This document shows, piece by piece, positions 9,908 to 19,762 of a stretch of 64,000 bases of DNA. The first letter of the stretch is position 1. Each line of letters begins with the position of its first letter. The DNA comes from Bacteroidales bacterium (GTDB lineage Bacteria; Bacteroidota; Bacteroidia; Bacteroidales; UBA1715), in the NCBI GenBank assembly GCA_027858745.1, contig JAQICB010000049.1, positions 50 through 64,049 on the forward strand. Direction: 5' to 3'. The notes under the pieces were generated by a model, which ran no database searches, was not told the origin of the DNA, and was given only the letters and a program-made list of their open reading frames with translations. Position numbers and translations under genes: made by a program.

Positions 9908-11539
9908 ATGAGAATTATTTTTAGTTTCATTTTATTGTTCAGCTTATCAGCTCATTCTCTTTTTTCTCAAACAATTCCGAAGAAGCCAAAACTCATAGTG
10001 ATGGTTGTGGTAGAAAATATGAAATACGAATACATTTCACGTTTTTATCCACATTTTAGTGATTTTGGATTTAAAAAAATAATAAAAAACGGGACAAGCT
10101 GTACCAATGTGCATATTCCTTTTGCATACGCAAATCCCACTTCAGCATACACAAGCATTGTTACAGGTAGTACTCCGGCAGAACATGGAATAATTGGGAA
10201 TGTGTGGTACAACAGAATTCTTAAAAAAGAAGAATTTGCAATTCTCGATTATGCATACAACTGCGTAGGCTGTGTCAATAAAAAACTATTTCAAGTATGT
10301 CCAAAAAAGAACTTACTTACCACTTTTACCGACGAATTAGAACTAAGCAGCAAAGGACATGCTAAAACTTTTAGTGTTGGTTTAACTCCCGAATCGGCTG
10401 TGCTTATGGGCGGTAGGATGTCGGACGGTGTGTTTTGGTTAGATGATAAACAAGGAAACTGGGTTACAAGTTCTTATTTCGATAACAAGCTACCACAATG
10501 GCTCGTTGCATTCAATAAGAAGAAATTAGGCGATACCTATCTCTCAAAAACATGGACAAGCAAATATCCAATTGCGAAATACACCCAATCTCTTCCCGAC
10601 AATACCGCTTTTGAAATTGGTTTTGCAGGACAAAATACATTTCCATATAAACTTTCTGCCCTTCAAAACACATTTAGTCCATACACTATTCTCACACAAA
10701 CGCCATTTGGCAACACTTTCACAAAAGACTTAGCACTTAACCTTATTCACCGGGAAAAACTCGGTCAAGACTCCCAAACAGATCTATTAACCATTTCATT
10801 TACTGCCCTTGCAGAGATTACTCATAAATTCGGATCTCTTTCAAAAGAAGTACAGGATTGTATGATTCATTTAGACGATGAAATTAATTTTCTTATTAGA
10901 TTTTTAGAATCACAAATTGGCAAAGAAAATTTCATTCTGGTAGTCACATCAACCTCAGGGGTGGAAGCACCAACAGAATATTTAAAACAAACAAAAAACG
11001 AAGGACGAGAATTCAAATTAATAGAAGCAACATATATTCTTGAAAAATATTTAGAAACTAAATACGGAAAAGGACCGTGGATAGAATATTATCGTTCAAA
11101 CCAGATTTACTTGAACAGAGATAGAATAGAAAATCATAACATTTCTCTTCGCTCTATTCAAGAAGAATCCGCCCTGTTTTTACAAAAACTGGCAGGTATA
11201 CACACGGTTTTAACAGCAGAAGCTATGAATAATCATGGATTCAACGACAACATAAAACAACGAATGAGCAATAGCTACAATCAAAAACGCTCGGGAGATA
11301 TTTTTATCGAACTTATGCCGGGTTGGAGCGAACAAACAGTTAATAAAGTAGCACAACATTCATCAACATATACCGAAACGACACACGTTCCATTATTATG
11401 GTATGGCTGGAATATACAAGCACAAAAAATTCACACAACACTTTCAACAACGAGTATTATTCCAACCTTATGCGAAATTATTGGAATACAACGTCCCAAT
11501 TCTTCATATGGCACATATATAAATATCACAGAACAATGA
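9908..11539 (+). CDS. Alkaline phosphatase / nucleotide pyrophosphatase-phosphodiesterase family protein, secreted
   Basis: Signal peptide. TGSTPAEHGIIGNVWYN block typical of type I phosphodiesterase/NPP (AlkP superfamily) enzymes. 543 aa. Confidence 0.72.
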   Translation: MRIIFSFILLFSLSAHSLFSQTIPKKPKLIVMVVVENMKYEYISRFYPHFSDFGFKKIIKNGTSCTNVHIPFAYANPTSAYTSIVTGSTPAEHGIIGNVWYNRILKKEEFAILDYAYNCVGCVNKKLFQVCPKKNLLTTFTDELELSSKGHAKTFSVGLTPESAVLMGGRMSDGVFWLDDKQGNWVTSSYFDNKLPQWLVAFNKKKLGDTYLSKTWTSKYPIAKYTQSLPDNTAFEIGFAGQNTFPYKLSALQNTFSPYTILTQTPFGNTFTKDLALNLIHREKLGQDSQTDLLTISFTALAEITHKFGSLSKEVQDCMIHLDDEINFLIRFLESQIGKENFILVVTSTSGVEAPTEYLKQTKNEGREFKLIEATYILEKYLETKYGKGPWIEYYRSNQIYLNRDRIENHNISLRSIQEESALFLQKLAGIHTVLTAEAMNNHGFNDNIKQRMSNSYNQKRSGDIFIELMPGWSEQTVNKVAQHSSTYTETTHVPLLWYGWNIQAQKIHTTLSTTSIIPTLCEIIGIQRPNSSYGTYINITEQ

Positions 11540-12285
11540 AAAAATCACTAATAATCCTTAGTATACTCAGTATATTCGCCACACAAACATACAGTCAAAT
11601 TTCTGGTTTACAACAACAGATAGATGGCGAAAAAGATTCGTTAAAACAGGTGTATTTTACCACTTCATACGACATTATCTTCCAATATATCCCTAATTAT
11701 TCGGAGGATTATGAATATGAGATGGCAATGAGGACGAGCATTTTTTTCAACACCTCTTTTAACACTCATATAGATTTTTCGAAACACTTTGGATTATTGC
11801 AGGGATTTGCCTTAAAAAATATTGGCATGAAAACAAAGAATGAACTGCTTGATAATATTAGATACGACTATATAATAAGACGTTCATATATGGCAGAAAC
11901 ATATGCTGCCATAAAAATTGGTAATCTGCGAAAATTTTCATTTCTCTATATTGGTGGAGGGTACGATTTTTCGTTTCACTACCGACAGAAACAAAAAATT
12001 AACAATAAAAAAATAATCGATAGTCAATGGTTTAGTAGGGCTACAGAAAGATTTGTTCCTTCTGCAATTGTCGGATATCAATTTTCAAAAGGATTTCACC
12101 TACAATTACAATATTATGTATCGAATTTTCTTAATACATCATACAAAGGCAAATTTGGTGATTTTTCACGATTTCCGGATACTCAAATTCTTCAATTATC
12201 TATTTCGTTCCAACAAAAAGAGGGACAAAAAAACACAAATAATCCACTAAAAAATTATGATGCCGATAAATTTATCAACTTATAA
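11536..12285 (+). CDS. Hypothetical secreted protein, possible outer-membrane beta-barrel
   Basis: Start moved to the ATG at 11536, in an ATGA overlap with the upstream stop, giving signal peptide MKKSLIILSILSIFATQTYSQ. Repeated amphipathic aromatic-rich strand-like segments. No family recognised. Confidence 0.4.
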   Translation: MKKSLIILSILSIFATQTYSQISGLQQQIDGEKDSLKQVYFTTSYDIIFQYIPNYSEDYEYEMAMRTSIFFNTSFNTHIDFSKHFGLLQGFALKNIGMKTKNELLDNIRYDYIIRRSYMAETYAAIKIGNLRKFSFLYIGGGYDFSFHYRQKQKINNKKIIDSQWFSRATERFVPSAIVGYQFSKGFHLQLQYYVSNFLNTSYKGKFGDFSRFPDTQILQLSISFQQKEGQKNTNNPLKNYDADKFINL

Positions 12286-12297
12286 CACCTCATTTAC

Positions 12298-12771
12298 ATG
12301 AAAATAACGTGCATTATGATTGGCAAAACAGACGAAGAATATCTTCGGTACGGAATTCAAAAATATTCTGAACGCCTATCACGATTTAGCACATTTTCTT
12401 GGATAGAAATTCCGGACGTCAGCCGCTCAAAAAAACTTTCTATTGCCGAGCAAAAAAAGAAAGAAGGAGCTCTTATATTACAAAAAATAGCAAATCAAGC
12501 ATACGTTGTTTTATTAGACGAAAGAGGTAAAGAGTATCGTTCACAAGAATTTTCGCAATTGATACACAAACACGAACAAATTGCAACAAAAGAACTTTGC
12601 TTTGTGATTGGTGGACCTTACGGGTTTTCTGATGAAATATATGCACAAAATTTTCAGAAAATGGCAATATCTAAAATGACCTTTTCTCATCAAATGATTC
12701 GATTATTTTTGAATGAACAATTGTACCGTGCATTCTCAATTATTCATAACATGCCCTATCATCATGAATAA
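12298..12771 (+). CDS. rlmH: 23S rRNA (pseudouridine1915-N3)-methyltransferase
   Basis: 157 aa. FVIGGPYGFSDEIY and MTFSHQMIRLFLNEQLYRAFSIIHNMPYHHE match the SPOUT RlmH C-terminal signature. Confidence 0.93.
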   Translation: MKITCIMIGKTDEEYLRYGIQKYSERLSRFSTFSWIEIPDVSRSKKLSIAEQKKKEGALILQKIANQAYVVLLDERGKEYRSQEFSQLIHKHEQIATKELCFVIGGPYGFSDEIYAQNFQKMAISKMTFSHQMIRLFLNEQLYRAFSIIHNMPYHHE

Positions 12772-12813
12772 TTTTATTATTTTTGATTATTCAAATTTGA
12801 AACGACTATTATT

Positions 12814-15800
12814 TTGAAATTACATACATATATCGAACGATACAAATTTCTCCTTTTAGCAGGGATTTTATTATTTTCTGCCATGTTGGTAGAAACCAAT
12901 TACTTTAATCAGCATTTCAACAAACAGCATGCTGACTTATTTCAAAAAATAATTCATGCAAAAGAACAATATGCCGAAGATATATCAAAACAAGTTTTTT
13001 CAGTTAAAAACAACGATTTCGAGGCATACAAAAAAATATATCAAGAAAACAAACGATTGATTAACAATCAAAAAATCAGTTTCTTTGTATACACAAAAGA
13101 CTCTCTCACTTACTGGAATAACAATAAAATTATTGTGCCTGATTCTATTGTTTCCCATCCACAAAAATACTCAATCCTATTTTTAAATAATATTTGGTAT
13201 CTCAATTCATTTCAGAAAAAAGACAGTGTTGAAATCTTTATTTTATCAGAAATAAAAACAGAATATCCATTTGAAAACAAATATATTACAAACAAGTTTC
13301 ATTCTGATTTTAGTATAAATAGAAGTATTAGAATATCAACAACTCCTACAGAAAATTCTTATAACATATATCTACAAGATGGTAGCTTTTTATTGGGGCT
13401 TTCCAAAAATCACGGACGTGCCGACAATACACTTCAACGCTACCTTTCTATAATGTTATACTTAATAGGTATCATTTTCTTACTCATTTTCATGCATCTT
13501 TTTTTAATAAAAATCAAAAAAAGATTGCTTCGTGATATCATTAATTATTTGTTTTTTGCTCTTCTAATAATTATCCGCTACTGGATGCTAGAAAACCAAA
13601 TTCCTTATGTTTGTTACACAACCGACTTATTTAGTTCGGACTTTTATGCAGCCTCAGATTACACCCCATCACTTGGTGATTTACTCATTAACCTCCTGTT
13701 CTTTTTATACTTCATTCACCAGATTCAACTTCGCATTCGAGACTGGAAACCAACTAAATCTATTTCAATTTACACAAGTCTTATTGTTTTTTCCCTTATA
13801 AGCGTTGCTCTTTTTTCTTTAACAATAAACATTTGTGAATCAATAGTATATGACTCTACAATAAACCTGGAATTGTATAAATTACTCAACACCTCCTTTT
13901 TAAGTTATATTGCCTATGCAATTATTGGCATCATGATGTTCTCATATTTTTTAATACTTTTTGCTGGTTATAACGTATTTTCAACAAAAATTGACCTAAA
14001 AAAATACCTTCTAATACCAGCAACAACAATACTTTTTTCAATCATATTATATTATTTTGGCTTTGTGAAAAATCCATTTTATTTCATTATATTCCAATTA
14101 ATTATACATGGAATTTTCATATACAAAGCAAACTCAAATAAATTATTTTTCACAAAAACCTTTCGGTTTTCTCTGCTTTTTATTGTAGCGCTTTTTTTAC
14201 AAATATACTTACACGAGCATATTCATATTAAGCAAACAGAAATAAAAAAACTACTTGCAGTAAACCTTACCAATGAACAGGATCCGGTTGCAGAAATTTT
14301 GTTGCGAGACATTAAATTAAACATGAAAAAAGATTCTGAACTGCAAACCATGCTTCAACAGAAAGAAATTCAAGATGCTAAAATCAACACTTATTTACAA
14401 CAAAAATATTATAGTGGATTTCTTAACAGATACAGCTTAGAAAGTACCGTTTGCGGAACATCACAATTGTTTGCACAGCCCAATAAACTCAAAAATTGCG
14501 AATTATATTTTTCAAATATAATTTCAAAATACGGGATAAAATTATCAAACAACGATTATTATTTTCTTAATAATCAAAACGGAAGCATCAGTTATTTTGA
14601 CTCATTAACGTATAATTGGAAAAATGGCACAACAACCAAACTATATATAGAATTAAATTCTAAACGAATATCACAAGAACTGGGATACCCGGAATTATTA
14701 CTTGAAGAAAATTTAGTACGTGAAGAACTTTTTGAATATTCATATGCAAAATATGTAAACACTAAACTTGTAAGTCAAAAAGGCGACTTCCCCTACTCTC
14801 TTGAAATTCAAAACTTACCCGCATTACATTCATACAAAATAATTACCGAAAATAATATTGAACATATTATATACCGAGCAAACAAGAATACTTGTATAAT
14901 AATCAGTAATACCCAAGCAAACTTTTTCAATCATTTAGTTTCGTTTTCATATGTGTTTATTTTCTTTTTCTTGTTACTGTTAGTATACGACCTCAACAAA
15001 AGCAAATCGCTAAAACACATCATTTCGTTTAAAACGTTTACCGATAAAATTAAATTATCACTCTTTTCTATTGTCTTCGCCTCATTATTACTAACAGGTA
15101 TAAGCTTGGTTATCTTAAACATACATCAATATTCCGAAGCACAAAAGAAACACGTAAAAGAAAAAATGCAATCAATTATTATTGAATTATCCGATGATAT
15201 TAGCACCGTTAACAACATTTATACAATTCAAAATTTACTGAGCACAAAACTTTTACGCTTTGCAAATACATACTTTACCGATATAAACATTTATAACACG
15301 AACGGTTATTTAATAGCCTCTTCAAGACCGGAAATATTCACCTATAAACTAACAAGTAAAAAAATAAACTCAGAAGCATTTTATCATTTAGCAATATTAA
15401 AAAAACAAGAGTTTCTTCACAAAGAATCTATCGAGGGACTTCAATACACGTCGGCTTATGCAAGTATTACCAATGCAGATAATTCAATAGTCGGGTATAT
15501 CAACCTACCATACTTCTCAAAACAAGCTGAGTTAACTCAACAAATTAGTTCGTTGATTGTTGCAATATTAAATATTTTTGTGATTCTCATAATGCTCTCT
15601 ACTGTTTTGGCAGCATTTCTTTCGAACAAAATCACCTATCCGCTTCAAATTTTACGAGACAAGATGAAGCTGGTAAAAATTGGAAACCGAAATGAAAAAA
15701 TTTCATGGAAAACATCTGATGAAATTGGAGATTTAATTGAAAACTACAATTCTATGATAGACCAGTTAGAATCGAGTGCCCAAAAACTGGCAGAAACAGA

Positions 15801-16485
15801 ACGTGAAGGAGCATGGCACGAAATGGCAAAACAGATTGCTCATGAAATAAAGAATCCATTAACCCCCATGAAGTTAAATATTCAATTATTACATAAAGCT
15901 TGGGAACAAAAGGATCCTGAATTTGAAAAAAGACTCAAAGTAATATCAAACAGCATTATTGAACAAATTGAAACATTAGCAGAAACGGCAAACTCATTTT
16001 CCGATTTTGCCAGAATATCAGAAGGAAAACCTGAGGATATTGAATTGACAAACTTATTGCTCAATACCGTTACTCTTTTTAAAGAGGAAAAAAATATTAC
16101 GATTCAAACAGATATTCCCGACGAAAAAATATTTTTATATACTGATAAAGATAAAATTGTGAGAGTATTCAATAATATTCTTAAGAATGCTATTCAATCA
16201 ATACCACCGGATAAAAGCGGAAACATACGAGTCTCTATAAAAAAACCTCATGCTTCTGAAATTTTTATTGAAATAACCGATAATGGAAAAGGGATATCTA
16301 ATGAAATCAAAGACAAATTATTCTCGCCAAACTTTACGACAAAATCGACTGGTAGTGGTTTGGGACTTGCTATTTGCAAAAAGATTATTGAAAACATTAA
16401 AGGAGAAATATGGTTTGAATCAACTGAAAATAAAGGCACAACATTTTTTATTCGCATACCTTCGGTAAAGATTAAAAAAACATAG
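12814..16485 (+). CDS. Large multi-TM sensor histidine kinase, orphan (no adjacent response regulator)
   Basis: 1223 aa with a TTG start per the ORF track. N-terminal extracytoplasmic region, then a block of many hydrophobic helices, a further soluble region and TM pair, and a Cache-like stretch (TDINIYNTNGYLIASSRPEIF). Continues with a HAMP-like linker, H-box HEIKNPLTPM, and ATPase G-boxes DNGKGI and GSGLGLAICKKIIE. Confidence 0.88.
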   Translation: MKLHTYIERYKFLLLAGILLFSAMLVETNYFNQHFNKQHADLFQKIIHAKEQYAEDISKQVFSVKNNDFEAYKKIYQENKRLINNQKISFFVYTKDSLTYWNNNKIIVPDSIVSHPQKYSILFLNNIWYLNSFQKKDSVEIFILSEIKTEYPFENKYITNKFHSDFSINRSIRISTTPTENSYNIYLQDGSFLLGLSKNHGRADNTLQRYLSIMLYLIGIIFLLIFMHLFLIKIKKRLLRDIINYLFFALLIIIRYWMLENQIPYVCYTTDLFSSDFYAASDYTPSLGDLLINLLFFLYFIHQIQLRIRDWKPTKSISIYTSLIVFSLISVALFSLTINICESIVYDSTINLELYKLLNTSFLSYIAYAIIGIMMFSYFLILFAGYNVFSTKIDLKKYLLIPATTILFSIILYYFGFVKNPFYFIIFQLIIHGIFIYKANSNKLFFTKTFRFSLLFIVALFLQIYLHEHIHIKQTEIKKLLAVNLTNEQDPVAEILLRDIKLNMKKDSELQTMLQQKEIQDAKINTYLQQKYYSGFLNRYSLESTVCGTSQLFAQPNKLKNCELYFSNIISKYGIKLSNNDYYFLNNQNGSISYFDSLTYNWKNGTTTKLYIELNSKRISQELGYPELLLEENLVREELFEYSYAKYVNTKLVSQKGDFPYSLEIQNLPALHSYKIITENNIEHIIYRANKNTCIIISNTQANFFNHLVSFSYVFIFFFLLLLVYDLNKSKSLKHIISFKTFTDKIKLSLFSIVFASLLLTGISLVILNIHQYSEAQKKHVKEKMQSIIIELSDDISTVNNIYTIQNLLSTKLLRFANTYFTDINIYNTNGYLIASSRPEIFTYKLTSKKINSEAFYHLAILKKQEFLHKESIEGLQYTSAYASITNADNSIVGYINLPYFSKQAELTQQISSLIVAILNIFVILIMLSTVLAAFLSNKITYPLQILRDKMKLVKIGNRNEKISWKTSDEIGDLIENYNSMIDQLESSAQKLAETEREGAWHEMAKQIAHEIKNPLTPMKLNIQLLHKAWEQKDPEFEKRLKVISNSIIEQIETLAETANSFSDFARISEGKPEDIELTNLLLNTVTLFKEEKNITIQTDIPDEKIFLYTDKDKIVRVFNNILKNAIQSIPPDKSGNIRVSIKKPHASEIFIEITDNGKGISNEIKDKLFSPNFTTKSTGSGLGLAICKKIIENIKGEIWFESTENKGTTFFIRIPSVKIKKT

Positions 16486-16591
16486 CTTATACATATTTTT
16501 GTTGCGATGAATAATTTACGGGCTCACACTTTCCTAAGCACAAAAAAAAACAATACGCAACTCTCATACAATCAATTTCGTACAAATAAGT

Positions 16592-18169
16592 ATGAGAGTA
16601 TGTGTTATTATATATCTATTTTTTATTATTTCCAATAGTTTCGGCTCAATTCAGAGTGTTTCATCGGGCAATTGGAATAATACAAATACCTGGGAAAATG
16701 GTATAATTCCGGGGCAATATGATACTGCAATTATTCAATCGGGACATTCAATAACTCTTTCTTCAGACATGTCAATAACAGATATTATAATCGAAAACGG
16801 CTCTCTTAATCTGGGACCACACAGCCTTACACTCTACGGAAACATTACAGGAACTGACCGCAACAATGTTTTCTCGAATCCGTCAACTTATATTCAAATA
16901 TCAGAACATTCTTCACAATCAGACATATTCACTTTTCCGGATAATATCCAAAAACTAAAAAAACTTACCCTTAATAGAAAAGCCGGTGCCGAGTCATATC
17001 ATGACATAGATTTAGATGATGCCGTACCATCAGACGGGAAGGTGCTTGTTCTCACAGATGGCGTTCTTTATATGAAAAACAACAGTATACTTTTTTTGAA
17101 CAGTAAAAATATCGAAATAGATATTGCCTATTCAGACTCCTCGCATGTAGATGGCTATGTGCAACGTAATATTGAAAAAAATTCAGGAATATATGTTTTT
17201 CCTGTAGGAAATAAAGGAATAGCACGTCCATTTGGAGTTGGTGTTCAAAACGGGAATAATAACAATATTAGTCAAGTTCGATTTATTTACGATATCCCCA
17301 TAAACAGTAACAATGTAGACTACAGTAAATTACCTGGAGGAATAATTCAATATTTTTATTGGGAACACACTGTTATTACCGGAGCAAATCCGCAAAGAAG
17401 ACTCTATTACGAAGAAGAAGATTTTCCCGGTATAAACGCATCACAACGCCTTTCCTCAATGACTATAGCAAACACAGACGGTTCAAAAAAATGGGACAAA
17501 GCAACAACAGGATGGAGTGTAAATGACTCTTACAAATGGATTGAATTTGATAATGCCAATGCATCAAATAGCACATACTGGACTCTTGGTTCTATTTTAG
17601 GAAACGTTTCGTATGAAAACATTGATTTACCAATTACCTTATTATCATTTACGGCAACAAAAAATGAATCAGAGATATACATAGCTTGGGAAACAAAAGA
17701 AGAAGTAAACAATCATAAATTTCATCTTGAACGTTCCTATGACGGAATCCACTTTGTGTCTATTAATAGTCAAAACAGTAACGGCACATCATTTGAAATC
17801 AATTCCTACACCTTCTATGACCATACATTTAGTCAAAACAATATATATTATCGACTCAAACAAGTTGATTTTGATGGCGCATTTTCATATTCTCAGGTTA
17901 TTGCTATCTCTTTAGACACATTTGAAAATATAAAAAAATCGGTAACCATTAAACCATTAAAAAATGAAATAATGTGCTCATTTAATTATTATGACACACC
18001 CACAACAACAATTAGGGTATATAATAATCATGGGAATTGCCTTTCTCAAACGAAAATCAAACCTCAATTTAATACTGACTACTCTATACATGTTAAAGAA
18101 AAGGGCTTACTCTTTATTACAATACAAACAGATAATGAAATAATACACAAAAAAATACTAATGCTGTAA
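16592..18169 (+). CDS. Secreted protein of unknown function, paralog 1 (T9SS-like C-terminal tail)
   Basis: Signal peptide. N-terminal SGNWNNTNTWENGIIPG motif. Conserved blocks VDYSKLPGGI, GANPQRRLYY, FDNANASNSTYWTLGSIL. LPITLLSF...ERSYDG...YYRLKQVDFDG beta-sandwich-like module. Final ~80 aa resemble a T9SS type A sorting domain. Collinear with the next gene. Confidence 0.6.
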   Translation: MRVCVIIYLFFIISNSFGSIQSVSSGNWNNTNTWENGIIPGQYDTAIIQSGHSITLSSDMSITDIIIENGSLNLGPHSLTLYGNITGTDRNNVFSNPSTYIQISEHSSQSDIFTFPDNIQKLKKLTLNRKAGAESYHDIDLDDAVPSDGKVLVLTDGVLYMKNNSILFLNSKNIEIDIAYSDSSHVDGYVQRNIEKNSGIYVFPVGNKGIARPFGVGVQNGNNNNISQVRFIYDIPINSNNVDYSKLPGGIIQYFYWEHTVITGANPQRRLYYEEEDFPGINASQRLSSMTIANTDGSKKWDKATTGWSVNDSYKWIEFDNANASNSTYWTLGSILGNVSYENIDLPITLLSFTATKNESEIYIAWETKEEVNNHKFHLERSYDGIHFVSINSQNSNGTSFEINSYTFYDHTFSQNNIYYRLKQVDFDGAFSYSQVIAISLDTFENIKKSVTIKPLKNEIMCSFNYYDTPTTTIRVYNNHGNCLSQTKIKPQFNTDYSIHVKEKGLLFITIQTDNEIIHKKILML

Positions 18170-18175
18170 TAAGTT

Positions 18176-19762
18176 ATGAGAATAATACCTACCATATTGT
18201 TTCTATTTATTTGGTCGTTTGGGATATCTCAAATACAAAGCAATACATCAGGAAATTGGAATAATTCGGGCACATGGGTTGGTGGAATAGTGCCGAGCTC
18301 AACCGATGATATCGAAATTATTTCGGGACATGAAATTAGCCTTTCTGCAAATGCCTCGGTAGAAGATATTATTATGACAAATGGTAAATTACAAATTCTC
18401 GACTATAGTTTTTCTATATACGGCAACATTTCGGGTGCCTATTCAGACAGCATCATCTCAACTGCATCGTCACAACTAAGTATTGAAGATAAGGGAAATG
18501 CTTTAAACTTCACATTTCCAAAAGGTATTCAAAGAATACAAAAAATATCCATAAATCGAATAGCTGGTGCAACATGTCCTCACAATCTTGATTTAGACGA
18601 CAATGTGCCGAATGACAGCATTGTTCTTATTCTTTCTAAGGGTATAATAGAATTGTCAAATTCGAGCATTCTCTATTTAAACAGTAAAAGTATCAAACAA
18701 AATATACTTTGTTCCGACTCGTCATTTATTGATGGAATAGTACAAAGAAATATTCCCAAAACATCAGGAATTTACGTTTACCCGGTAGGTGATGACGATA
18801 TCTGTCGACCATTTGGTATCGGTTTACAAAATGGCAATGGCGACAATATTTATGAAATTGAATTTATAAAAAACACCCCTGTTAATAACAACAATGTTGA
18901 TTATTCGAAACTTCCTGGGGGAATTTCTCAACTCTACTATTGGCGACACGAAGTAATAAGCGGGGCTAACACTCAACGAAGAATTTATTATGAACTTTCT
19001 GATTTTCCAAACATTTCAAATGCCAACTTACTTGGAGCTCTTACACTGGCAAATACAGACGGCGTTACAGACTGGACAACACCAACTACCGGATGGACAG
19101 TTGACACAATTAACAATTGGGTACAATTTGATAATGCAAATGCATCAAACAATGAGTATTGGACATTCGGCTCAATCTTATCTTCAATTCTTATAGAAGA
19201 TATATTTTTACCAATAACACTACTCTCTTTTAATGCTCACACAGCTGATAACCAGGTGCTTATTTCATGGGAAACTGCAAGCGAAATTAATAATGCCTTT
19301 TTCACTATTGAACGCTCGCAAGATGGTGTAACATTTACATCGCTCAAAACGATATTGGGCGCAGGAAATTCAAATTCACCAACTTCATATTCGTTTATTG
19401 ACACCACTCCACTATCCGGGCTTTCATATTATAGACTCAAACAAACAGATTACAATTCAAACCACACATACTCAGCAGTTACTGAAGTTCAACTGAAACC
19501 TCGAGCACACATTTCTTTTTCTAAAATTTCAAGTTCAGAAATAAAATGTATAATTGAATCAGCAGACCCTGATGAAGTATATATTGCAATAATTAGAACA
19601 AACGGACAAATTATCAATCAAAAATCGACAATAATTTTTCCAAATATTCCTATGGAAATAATCTTACATATAAATTATAGCGAATCAGAATATGTTATAA
19701 TTTATGTGAAAACAAACTCCATTTCACAAAAAATTAAATATAAGATTACCAATACACAATAA
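18176..19762 (+). CDS. Secreted protein of unknown function, paralog 2 (T9SS-like C-terminal tail)
   Basis: Same architecture and motifs as 16592..18169 (SGNWNNSGTWVGGIVP, VDYSKLPGGI, GANTQRRIYY, FDNANASNNEYWTFGSIL, LPITLLSF, YYRLKQTDYN). Starts 6 nt after paralog 1 ends. Confidence 0.6.
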   Translation: MRIIPTILFLFIWSFGISQIQSNTSGNWNNSGTWVGGIVPSSTDDIEIISGHEISLSANASVEDIIMTNGKLQILDYSFSIYGNISGAYSDSIISTASSQLSIEDKGNALNFTFPKGIQRIQKISINRIAGATCPHNLDLDDNVPNDSIVLILSKGIIELSNSSILYLNSKSIKQNILCSDSSFIDGIVQRNIPKTSGIYVYPVGDDDICRPFGIGLQNGNGDNIYEIEFIKNTPVNNNNVDYSKLPGGISQLYYWRHEVISGANTQRRIYYELSDFPNISNANLLGALTLANTDGVTDWTTPTTGWTVDTINNWVQFDNANASNNEYWTFGSILSSILIEDIFLPITLLSFNAHTADNQVLISWETASEINNAFFTIERSQDGVTFTSLKTILGAGNSNSPTSYSFIDTTPLSGLSYYRLKQTDYNSNHTYSAVTEVQLKPRAHISFSKISSSEIKCIIESADPDEVYIAIIRTNGQIINQKSTIIFPNIPMEIILHINYSESEYVIIYVKTNSISQKIKYKITNTQ

